Position numbers and translations under genes: made by a program. The notes below the pieces were generated by a model, which was given only the letters and a program-made list of their open reading frames with translations, did not search any database and had not been told where the DNA came from. From Eledone cirrhosa (Eukaryota): a stretch of 64,000 bases of DNA. The first letter of the stretch is position 1. The number at the start of each line of letters is the position of its first letter. The stretch covers positions 120,528,001-120,592,000 of the forward strand of contig OZ024741.1 in NCBI GenBank assembly GCA_964016885.1, written 5' to 3'. This document shows, piece after piece, positions 51,699 to 64,000 of the stretch.

Positions 51699-54600
51699 TA
51701 TATATACACATACACATATATATACACATACACATATATATACACACACATATATACACACACACATATATACATACATATATACACATATACACATACA
51801 TATATACACATATATACATACATACATATATATATATACATATATACATACATACACATATATATATATACACATATACATACATACACATATATATATA
51901 TACACATATGTACATACACATATATACATACACATATATATATATATACACATATATACATACACATATATACATATACACATACACATATACACATACA
52001 TACATATATACACATACATACATATATACACATACATACATATATACACATACATACATATATACACATACATACATATATACACATACATACATATATA
52101 CACATACATACATATATACACATACATACATATATACACATACATACATATATACACATACATACATATATACACATACATACATATATACACACACATA
52201 CATATATACACACACATACATATATACACACACATACATATATACACACACATACATATATACACACACATACATATATACACACACATACATATATACA
52301 CACACATACATATATACACACACATACATATATACACACACATACATATATACACACACATACATATATACACACACATACATATATACACACACATACA
52401 TATATACACACACATACATATATACACACACATACATATATACACACACATACATATATACACACACATACATATACACACACACATACATATACACACA
52501 CATACATATACACACACACACATATATACACACACATACATATATACACACACATACATATATACACACACATACATATATACACACACATACATATATA
52601 CACACACATACATATATACACATACATATATACACATACATATATACATACATATATACATACATATATACATACATATATACATACATACATATATACA
52701 TACATACATATATACATACATACATATATACATACATACATATATACATACATACATATATACATACATACATATATACATACATACATATATACATACA
52801 TACATACATACATACATACACATACATACATATATACATACATACATACATACACATACATACATACATATATACACATACATACATATATACACATCTA
52901 TACATATATACATACATATATACACATATACATACATATATACACATATACATACATATATACACATATACATACATATATACACACATACATACATATA
53001 TACACATATACATACATATATACATACATATATACACATATACATACACATATACACATATACATACATATATACATACATATATACATATACATATATA
53101 CACATATACATACATATATACACATATACATACACATATACATACATATACATACATATATATATACACATATACATACATATATATATACACATATACA
53201 TACATATATATATACACATATACATACATATATATATACACATATACATACATATATATATACACATATACATACATATATATATACACATATACATACA
53301 CATATACATACATATACATACACATATACATACATATATACACATATACATACATATATACACATATACATACATATATACACATATACATACATATATA
53401 CACATATACATACATATATACACATATACATACATATATACACATATACATACATATATACACATATACATACATATATACACATATATACATACATATA
53501 TACACATATATACATACATATATACACATATATACATACATATATACACATATATACATACATATATACACATATATACATATATACACATATATATACA
53601 CATATATATATACACATATATACACATATATATATACACATATATACACATATATATATACACATATATACACATATATATACACATATATACACACATA
53701 TATACACATATATACACATATATACACATACATATATACACATATATACACATACATATATACACATATATACATACATATATACACATATATACATACA
53801 TATATACACATATACACACATATATACATACATATATACACAACATATATACATACATATATACACATATATACATACATATATACACATACATACATAC
53901 ATATATACACATATATACACATATATACACATATATACATACATATACATACATATATACATACATATACATACATATACATACATATATACATACATAT
54001 ATACACATATATACATACATATATACACATATATACATACATATATACACATATATACATACATATATACACATATATACATACATATATACACATATAT
54101 ACATACATATATACACATATATGACATATATACATACATATATACACATATATACATACATATATACACATATATACATACATATATACACATATATACA
54201 TACATATATACACATATATACATACATATATACACATATATACATACATATATACACATATACATACATATATACACATATATACATACATATATACACA
54301 TATATACATACATATATACACATATATACATACATATATACACATACATATATACACATATATACATACATATATACACATACATATATACACATATATA
54401 CATACATATATACACATACATATATACACATATATACATACATATATACACATATATACACACATATATACATACATATATACACATATACATACATATA
54501 TACACATATACATACATATATACACATATACATACATATATACACATATACATACATATATACACATATATACATACATATATACACATATATACATACA

Positions 54601-55207
54601 TATATACATACATATATACATACATATATACATACATATATACATACATATATACACATATACATACATATATACATACACATATATACATATATACACA
54701 TACATATATACATATATACACATACATATATACATATATACACATACATATATAAATATATACACATATACATACATATATACACATATACATACATATA
54801 TACACATATACACATACATATATACACATATACACATACATATATACACATATACACATACATATATACACATATACACATACACATATACACATACATA
54901 TATACACATACATACATATATACACATACATACATATATACACATACATACATATATACACATACATACATATATACACATACATACATATATACACATA
55001 CATACATATATACACATACATACATATATACACATACATACATATATACACATACATACATATATACACATACATATATACACATACATACATATATACA
55101 CATACATACATATATACACATACATACATATATACACATACATACATATATACACATACATACATATATACACATACATACATATATATACACACATATA
55201 TACCTCT

Positions 55208-55415
55208 GAAGGCGCATGGCTTAGTGGTTAGAGCATTTGCCTTGCAATCGAAAGGTGAGTTCAATTCTCGGACTGGGTGATGTGTTGTTTCCTTGAGCAA
55301 GACACTCAGCTGTAGAAATTAGTACCGGCCTGCCCGCCCAGCAAGTTATCTTATGACTAAAACAGCACGACGCGCTGTGACCAGCAGCGCCCGACAGACT
55401 GGTCGGTCAAGGTGA
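55208..55415 (+). mobile_element. tRNA-derived SINE
   Basis: GAAGGCGCATGGCTTAGTGGTTAGAGC (A box), GAGTTCAATTCTC (B box), CCTTGAGCAAGACACT, (TA)n tail. Confidence 0.8.
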
Positions 55416-55763
55416 TATATATATATATATATGTAATTATGTAATAAACAATATAATTAATCCATTACCCTAGGTTTCACAAAGTTAGGCGATTCTAACA
55501 AACGTCAGATGAAATATTTTTATGGATATCCATACAATAAAGGAAATGGAATAATTATGTGTTTATTACATAATTAAATAGCTCTGTTCTATATATAGAG
55601 CACTCTTCTTTCCTTTACATTTTCTACGGAAATAGACACACACAAATATGTCTATGTATATACAGAGACAGACCACGAAAAACAAGGGCGGAAGTGGTGA
55701 GATGCTGTGCTGAATAGGACCCTTCCAACCCTTGCAAGCAGGGAAAAGCAGACAAATGATGAT

Positions 55764-55990
55764 ATACGGCACATTTATTTCCCCTCGCCCCGTGCTTTTT
55801 AACATTACACCAAAACTTTAAAACAGAAACACACCCCATAAAGTTCAAGAGTTTGGACAAATTCCTTCAAGAAGTCCCGGATAAACCTCCTACAAGCAGA
55901 TGTCTCCGTAATCAATAACTACTTGAGTGGGCCATGGTGTCCAAACACTGATTTGAATGCCAGTTAGACATGGCCTGGATCAATACCTAT
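55764..55990 (+). mobile_element. Older 3' end of the same CR1 family
   Basis: Aligns by eye with 50232-50492 (TTTGGACAAATTCCT...CCCGGA...TGGGCCATGGTG...GTTAGACATGGCCTGG). Confidence 0.8.
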
Positions 55991-55996
55991 CAACGA

Positions 55997-56080
55997 TATA
56001 TATATATATGAATATATGTGTAGGTATATGTATATATATATGTATATATATATATGTGTATGTATATATATATATATGTG

Positions 56081-56119
<39 letters not shown>

Positions 56120-56300
56120 ATATGTATATATATATATATGTATGTATATATATATATATGTGTATGTATATGTGTATATATATATATGTGTATGTATATA
56201 TATATATATGTGTATGTATATATATATATATGTACGTATATGTGTATATGTATGTGCATATGTGAATGTATGTGTGTGTGATATATATATATATATATAT
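55997..56300. repeat. (TA/TG)n microsatellite of opposite polarity to the mega-array
   Basis: G rather than C interruptions on the + strand. Confidence 0.95.
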
Positions 56301-56325
56301 CTCCCTACCTCTATCTATATATCAA

Positions 56326-58245
56326 GTATACTTAGCAAAAAAGGAAGCAGAGGATAGAAAGCATATTCCACAACGTGAGGGCCAAAGACCTGAGGTGTTC
56401 AAGATTGTGAGAATGTGTCATGGAAAATTGTGATATTGTCGAGAAGTGTGTCTGTAATGATGGTATACTTGTCCTCCCCGATACTGATAAGGTGGCTTGG
56501 AAGTGTCACTACAAAATGAGGAGAATGAATGGGAAAAAGTCTGCCCCAAATTGATCCAACAGAGGGACCAGCTGTGCAAGTTAATGGTAGTATAGTAAGT
56601 AAGGTAATGAAAGATATGAAGACAGGCCAGGCAGCTGGGCCTTCGGAGATAGTTACTGATATGTTGAAAGCATTGAGACCAAATTGATCTAGACGAAATG
56701 CAATTTGGGATTGTGCAGGTAGAAGTACCACAGATGCTCTTTTCCTTGTACGGCAACTACAAAGGTACCTAGCTAAAAGTAAACCCCTATACTTAGCTTT
56801 TGTTGACTTGGAGAAGCCTTTGACAGAGTCCCTCCATTCTCTGGTGGTCTCTAGTAGGTGAGTGGCTTGTGAAAGCTATACACGCCATGTATAGAGGAAC
56901 AAGTCAGCAAGGTTAGAATTAACAATGAATATAGTGAAGAATTTAGCGTAAAAGTAGGTGTTCAATGTTCCAACCTTAGCCCCCTCCTGTTTATTATTGC
57001 CCTACAGGCTATATAACAAGAGTTTAAGACTGGCTGCTCATGGAAACTTCTATATGCAGATGATCTCTCATAGCTGAACCTATGGCTGAAATTCCAAACA
57101 TGGAAGCATAGCCTAGAATCTAAAGTTAACTTGTCTAAAACTAAAGTTCTAGTATGTAGAAAAGAGAAATGGGTACAGGTGCTCAGTGTGTAAGAAAGGA
57201 GTGGGTAGAAATTCCATTCTATGTCCCAAATGCAAACTATGGGTGCTAAAAGATCTAGTGGGATCACAGGTCAGCTATCAAAGAATGTAGATTTTATTTG
57301 TGGCTGATGCTCAGGTGTAGTAAGTAGCGAGTGCCCACTGGATACTAACTCCTCCAACTGCCCAGATGGTTTAGAAATAGTAGACACTTTCTGTTACCTG
57401 GGTGACAAAATGAGCAATAGAGGAGGGTGTTCTGATAGTACTGTTACCAGTTTTAGAACTGGATAGAAAAAGTTCAGAGAGTTAATACCGCTGTTGGCTA
57501 CAAAGGGTTTTTCTCTAAAAATGAAAGGCAGATTGTATGATGCTTGTATACGAATGGCAATGTTACATGGTAGTGAGACCTGGGCGTTGTGAGCAGATGA
57601 CTTCCATAGATTAGAAAGAAACGAAGCTTGCATGCTCCTATGGATGTGTAATAGTAATGTATGCAACAGCAATGCATAAACGAATTGAGAGAGAGTAAGC
57701 ATAAGAGGTATTAAATTTTGTGTGCAGGAGAGGAGATTGCATTGGTATGGACATGTAATGTGTATGAAGGACAACAGCTGCATAAAAAGAGCAAGCGATC
57801 AAAATGGATGGAAGCTACAAAGTGGGTAGATGAAGAAAAACTTGGGACGAGGTGATAAAAAACTGACCTTGCTCACTAACACCTAGGTAAGACAATGTCA
57901 CAGGATCAAGATCTTTGGCGCTATGCAGTTATACAGAAAACCTGCCTTCCCTTACAAACGAACTTAAATTTACAGTCAGTAGGTACCTCTTAACCCAATA
58001 TACACCCCACCCACTACTCCATCCTCCCACTTCCGTCCACAGTAAAGTAGTTCTGTCGGTGACGAGAAAATGCACCCAGTCCACACTGTAAATGTGGTTG
58101 GTGTTAGGAAGGGCACCCAGCCGTAGAAAAACTGCCAGTAAGTTCTGTATAAGCGAGACACGCTCACCCGACCTATGTTGCCTCAAATGGAACAAACCCA
58201 TCCATCCCATGCTAGCGTGTAAGATGGACCTTAAACAATGACGAT
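56326..58245 (+). mobile_element. RTE family A-related, old decayed copy
   Basis: Colinear with 43960-42100 and with the 3' UTR, with many stops and deletions; YADD region at about 57052. Confidence 0.9.
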
Positions 58246-58794
58246 TATATATATATCATCATCAGTTTTACGTCCATTTTTCGACGCTAGCATGGGTTAG
58301 ACGGGTTGTCCCGTTGTGAGCAGTGCCTGGTCGGCTGACATAGCATTTAATTTTCATTTTTCCACGACATGAGATGACCAAGTTTATGTATATGTACATA
58401 TATGTAGACATGTATATTCATTGTGTGTATATCATCATTTTACGTCCGCTTTTCCCTGTATATATGTAGACATTCAATATATATTCAGTGTGTGTGTGTG
58501 TGTGTGTGTGTGTATCTTTGCATTATATATGTACGTGTAAATATACATGCCTATCACTATCATTTAACGTCCAGTAAACAAACAATGATTGGACCAGCCA
58601 ATACTCAAATGGAACTAGCGTACTCGTATTTATATATATATATTCAAACGTATAAATATATATTCTTTTACTGGTTAGTCCTTAAACTGAACATCTTCAG
58701 ATAACACTTTCAATATCGACCCTGCTAAGTTACAGAACAGACGAACAGAAATGCATATATATGCATATTTTATACATATATACACACACACATT

Positions 58795-58950
58795 GTAAAT
58801 GTGGTTGGTGTTAGGAAGGGCATCCAGCTGTAAAATACCCGGCCAAATTTATAGTCCACGCCGAAGCAAGGTGCGATATGGTCTGACTTGCCTTCCAGCA
58901 TGGATGACCCGTCTAACCTATGGAAGAATGACAACCAGAAATGATCTACA
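58795..58950 (+). mobile_element. RTE-type 3' UTR fragment
   Basis: GTAAATGTGGTTGGTGTTAGGAAGGGCATCCAGCTGTAAAA. Confidence 0.7.
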
Positions 58951-61319
58951 TTCACAGAGACATCCAATGTAAAACAATATGTATATATACACACACACAC
59001 ACACACACATTTACATATATGTTAGCGTAAATTTGAAATAAAATTTACTGCTTACACCTATGTAGGCTTAAACTGACCCACAAGATTGCATCTCGCAGAT
59101 TTTTCACGTTTTAACGATATGGGCTCCAATTCTGTCAAGAAAAACGAGAAATTAAACTGCACCCCACTGTCTTGGATTCAAACATACGATCTGATAATCA
59201 TGAGTACTGCAACTGATTATACCCTTGCACGTTTTCATTTCTGTTAACCATCCAAACAAATTAAAATCCGAAGAATTATATATAGATGTTTATTTGGAAG
59301 TAGTGAGGAGGGTTTAAGAGTACACTACTACCACAAAACTTGTTATTTTCAGTTAACTTTGCCTTTCATCCTTACGGGGTCGATAAAATAAAGTACCAGT
59401 AATACACTGAAATAATTGCTGGCCTTGTGCCAAAAGTGGAAACAATTATTTTCAGTATACATTAATTGGGGGAGGGTGAATAACACTGAAAAATCCGAAA
59501 TGGAAGACTAAAAAAAAAAAATAGGGAAAAACGAAATTTGATAAAAGAATTGTAAAAGATTTTTCGGTGATGGAGGAATGGAAAAAATATATATAAAATG
59601 GAGGTGCTGACTAAACATACATTGGCAAGTCGGAGATGGGGGGGCTTACGCCAATTTCAAGTCCTCTGGAACTGTAGATACTAGTTCTACTTAAATAATT
59701 GCAACTAAACTCCTTTCGGGAAAACATGGAGGGAATGGGGAGACGTAGCGGATAGTGTGGGACATGACAAAAATCCCAACATAAAATCACCCTACCGGAC
59801 AAAAAGTATAGATTTTAAATATATAATTTTAGTTATTTTTTATCAGGTAAATTAGATTTCACAATGTTAGCTATTAAAAACTATAAATGTTTTGTTTTAT
59901 TTTTACTTTGTGGGGCTTTTGTTCATGTCCCATGTGGAACCTCGTGGTTATGGACACAACATGGCCGATGGGAGATTTAAAAGACGAGAACATCAGGAAT
60001 GTTTGTGGCAAAAACTGATTTAAGCAATACTATTACAGGAACTATCAGTGGGCAATATATATTTTCTATAGGAAAATGCCATGATTAAAACAGAAGTTAT
60101 TAAATGTTGCATGCAGAGCAGTTGATTACGCAATGAATGGTCTATAAAACCTCACAAAATGATTTTTTAGATTATATTCAATCATATGGCTATTCTAAAA
60201 ACAAAAACTAAAGATGAAAGTGTCAACTAGGATAACAAAAACCACCCCGACCAGACAACCACCCTCCCCGCAGTAGAAAAAATATTTTAAAGAAAATTGT
60301 CAATGCCCTTATATAGTTTTATTCTTTATTAAATATATTACATTTCGACGGAAACTATTTAAACTATAAATTTTATCTCTTACTGTTTGATTTTTTTCTT
60401 TACAATGTGAAGTTTACTTGTACTCCTGCCAACAGAGTTTTGATTTTAAATTCAAAATCTCGTTTTATTTCACGCAAGTGAAGCAATTTCGACGTTTAAT
60501 TTTTGTTCTTCAATTTTCTCATGCAAATTCTATGGATAAATAATTTTGGATCCGCATACGATGTCCTTTATTCGCTTCTTTAAGATATCACATTACATTT
60601 GTTTTCGATCGAACATAATTAGTTATAGGCAATGGAAACAAAATGAAAAACTACGACGATCCACGTAGACTAATTTCAAGTCAACACGAAGTGGAACGAA
60701 TTGGAATTAAAAATACAACTTATTTTTAACGACAGCTCATAAAATCCAAATTTTAAAAAAAAAGGGGGGTATCAAAGATGCAAGCTTATAGAGTGAATCC
60801 GACATATTAGCCTAGCATTTTGATTTGTCTTCTCTGTTGGTCTCTTAATATAAAAACACACCAACCAAGTATTACACAAGTGGAAGCTATTGCCGTGTAA
60901 CTAGACCATCAAAATAAGGTCAACAGGAAACTGGGGAGGGTAGAATGCCAACGGAAGGTGAAGAGTACTTGTGAACATGTGTTGACTGGCTAAAGTGTTG
61001 CATCAATAACCGATGATAGCAAATATACTTTTCTAATATAATAATGTACATAAGCTTTCACATGAATGATTAAATAGATTTTTTTTTAATATATACTTCA
61101 CTATCAAAGCAGAATACCTTATCCGATATAACATTTAATATACTAATTTTTTTTTTAATATGTACTAGCAGTGAATTGATTTTGAATTCTTCAGTTTTAT
61201 AATAAAATGAATGGACGATTAGGGAGCCTATAACCATTTTTTGTTTTGCTATATTTATCTATTTTTATGGATTTATTACTATTAAATGTAAATTTACAAA
61301 CCACTACGTAATTTTTAAA

Positions 61320-61430
61320 GAAAAAGGAGACAGAAAATGATGTCATGAATGGACTATGAATCACTTTTTTAACTCGACCACATTCTAAGGTCAGTCAAGG
61401 AAACGAACTGGCGTACGTTAGTGACTAAAG
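61320..61430. repeat. Dispersed ~110-bp repeat; second copy at 62915-63040
   Basis: GAGACAGAAAAT...TGAATCAC...ATTCTA.G.TCAGTCAAGGAAACG...TGGCGTACGTTAGT.ACTAAA at both sites. Confidence 0.7.
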
Positions 61431-64000
61431 AATTATCAGAATAAAATAAGTTTATTTTATCTCATTCAAACTAAAAATATTTTACAAAATAACTTTTTTT
61501 CCTAGTTATCCAAATATCAATTAGCTCCCTTGATCATTCACACCAACATTTTTTCCCATTAACAGTAACAGCATACATTTCACAAGTTAGCTTCCATAAA
61601 AATATGCTCGTCTACTCACTTCATAAATCAATGTCGTGAAATAAATTCCTCTTTAAAGGGTTGAACTTGTTTTTTTAATATACGATAAAGAAGTCAATAT
61701 AGTGTTGGTGGTGTAGGCGAATTAATAGAGATTAAATTTCGCTATCTCATGCACAAAACGATTTCGGTGTAAAGATTCATGGAATGGTTTCTAATGATAT
61801 CAGTCTTTAAAAATATGCTTGTTAAAGAATAAAGAAAATTATCTTTCGCATCTGCTTCTCTATAAAAATCTGAATGCAACAGGTATATATTTCGTTTTTT
61901 TATGGGGGGGGGGGGGGGGGGGTAAATTTAACTTGGTTTCACACTAGGACAATTTAGGGTGGGTAAACAGGTTAAATATTTAAAATTCAGCAAACAATAC
62001 TGTACGTAGGGACAAATGTAAACAAACAAACAAAAAATAAATAACCATACGCCATTAAATAGAATGGATGAATACCAGACGATGACTTTCGTGTTGGGAG
62101 AAAAAGGGATTAGCCTTAATTTTGAAGTCGTTTATAACAAGTTTAAAAAAATGTAAAACGTAGAAAAAGTTTTAAAATTAGCTTAATCCCTTCTATTCTT
62201 TAATAACCTTTATCACTCCCAAGCCTCTGCTTAATGGGGGAAAAAACCCGCCATTGAAATATCAACACAAAATTAATTGGTGTATAAAAATAATGTAAAT
62301 ACGTTTGTAGTAGTAAAGATTTGAGAAAAATCTGATGAGTTGCATTAAAGAGCGAGACAAAATTAAATAAGAAAGAAATAAAGCCACCGCCGATTTATTA
62401 AATGGTGGTGGCGGTGGAGAGGCGACGATCGAGGAAGATGCCTTGTTTACCCAGAAGGCAGTGCGATGGCGTCTTTATAAAATCTGAAAGGAAGACCGAA
62501 CGAACGACCGTTGCGTGAGAAAATACAGCAATAAATTTATATAACCACAGCAGTAGAAATATCCACATCTTACACACCACTCAACCCCTTTCTTTACTCT
62601 ATATATGTCTCCACATGCTTGATAGTTAAAACTTAGCTAAAGATATAAATAGTCGACAAGTTATTTGACAATTGTCTTTCATATATATATATATAAAACA
62701 ATAGGATTAAAAGTAGATTTAGACGTTCCAACATTAAAAATATCAAAAAGAAAAACTTTTTACAAATGGAACAAAATCGAAAAATCTACTTCACTGTCAA
62801 AGAAGAATACTTATCCAATCTACGTTATCTATCGTAAACTTTCATTATATATGTTTGTATGTGTGAAAATTCACACCAAAAGCTCGTATAAGTTTTTTTT
62901 TCTTATCACAAAATTAAAAAGAGACAGAAAATTGAATAATGGGTGGAGCATGAATCACCTTTCTGTCTTTATTCTAGGTTCAGTCAAGGAAACGGAATAG
63001 ACTTGGAACACAATAATGGCGTACGTTAGTCACTAAAATAAAATATAACACTCGACTGTTTTTTTTCTTTCTTTCCTGAGAAACAAAGTATATATAAATA
63101 TATATAACAGTATCTATAACGTAAAAAAAAAAAAAAGCAAACCGAACAATATAACGATGCTTTTTCATCTTCCACAATATAGTTGCCCGATATGTGTGTA
63201 TGTGTGAAGAGTTTTACAGAAAAACTTCCCAAGACATTCATTTGAAAAACGAACGATAGAAAACTTTTCTTCTGCAGTGTTAAATGTCACTTTTTTTTCT
63301 CGACCCAATGTGTCTGCCTACTTTAATATAAATCAATTAATCACGCAGCTACTTTAATAGGAACTAAAGTTAGCTGTAGACATTTTATAGATTAAAAAAA
63401 ACTACTAATTGGTGAGTATAACGGGGGGAAAAATGAACAACAGCTGAATATCAATTAAGTATTTCTGTTAAAAATATAAGCACAGCGACTAAGTTTCATA
63501 ATTCTTGCCGGAAAAAATCTGGTAAGCCTATAAAAACTAAAATGGAAACCGAATGATTGTTTCTAGTATATATTGTGTAGCAATCTTTCGATTTGGTTTA
63601 GTCAAGGGAACAGATCGTAAAGGCTTTCCAGATGTGATCATCCAGTTTACAACTATATTATCCAATATGTCCTTATGATATTTAGATAACTCTAAGCAGG
63701 TTTAGAGATCAAGTAGAGGTTTCTTTGTTAGTTCGCATGGAATTTTAAAACGAAAATAATTTTAATAAAATTGTTTAATTATCTACATTTTGTGGTTTAG
63801 CTACTATTTCTAGCAGCCGGTTGATAAACCACGTAGATGCTCCTTCGTTGGTTCGTATGGAATTTAATTACAAACGAATATAATTTGAATTAGATTTTTA
63901 AAATGATCATTTTTATTAGAATACATGCAGCTTTACACTCCAGACTAATAATGACAAGGTTTTTTTTAATATTTAAACTAGAATATTTAAGATATGTGAT

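Noticed and set aside
55208-55290. tRNA-like A/B boxes (also about 2620-2690, 5040-5130, 22350-22435)
   Set aside because: No full cloverleaf, and they continue into shared SINE bodies, so they are SINE heads and not tRNA genes.
63720-63905. Short diverged ~120-bp tandem duplication (also 26-bp direct repeats at 3573-3645)
   Set aside because: Ordinary local duplications with no sign of function.

Overview
AT-rich metazoan genomic DNA; the SINE/RTE repertoire and huge (AT)n-type microsatellites suggest an octopus or other cephalopod (inference). The minus strand carries the 5' half of a DDX3/PL10 (Belle/Ded1 subfamily) DEAD-box helicase gene. I traced nine phase-compatible GT-AG exons from 19128 down to 768: NES remnant FAGLDL, a long low-complexity N-terminus with Pro8 and Gly23 runs, the Q motif, motif I (AQTGSGKT) and motif Ia. 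The downstream helicase exons lie left of the window. No first coding exon was found, so 19129-64000 is probably one intron of more than 44 kb. Inside it, 23358-55203 is a strand-polarised (AY)n microsatellite mega-array (~21 kb of repeat) holding at least six retroelement types: a young RTE LINE family, a zinc-finger-tailed RTE, five co-oriented copies of a ~600-bp non-autonomous RTE-derived element, a CR1 3' end, an R4/Dong-like fragment and a possible Tx1-like 3' UTR. Elsewhere are tRNA-SINEs, TTAA-flanked piggyBac MITEs, a DD37D mariner remnant, a Penelope-like remnant with a decayed hammerhead core and a perfect 27-bp intronic hairpin. The very long Y/I/H/T and M/Y/C/V ORFs are microsatellite artefacts.
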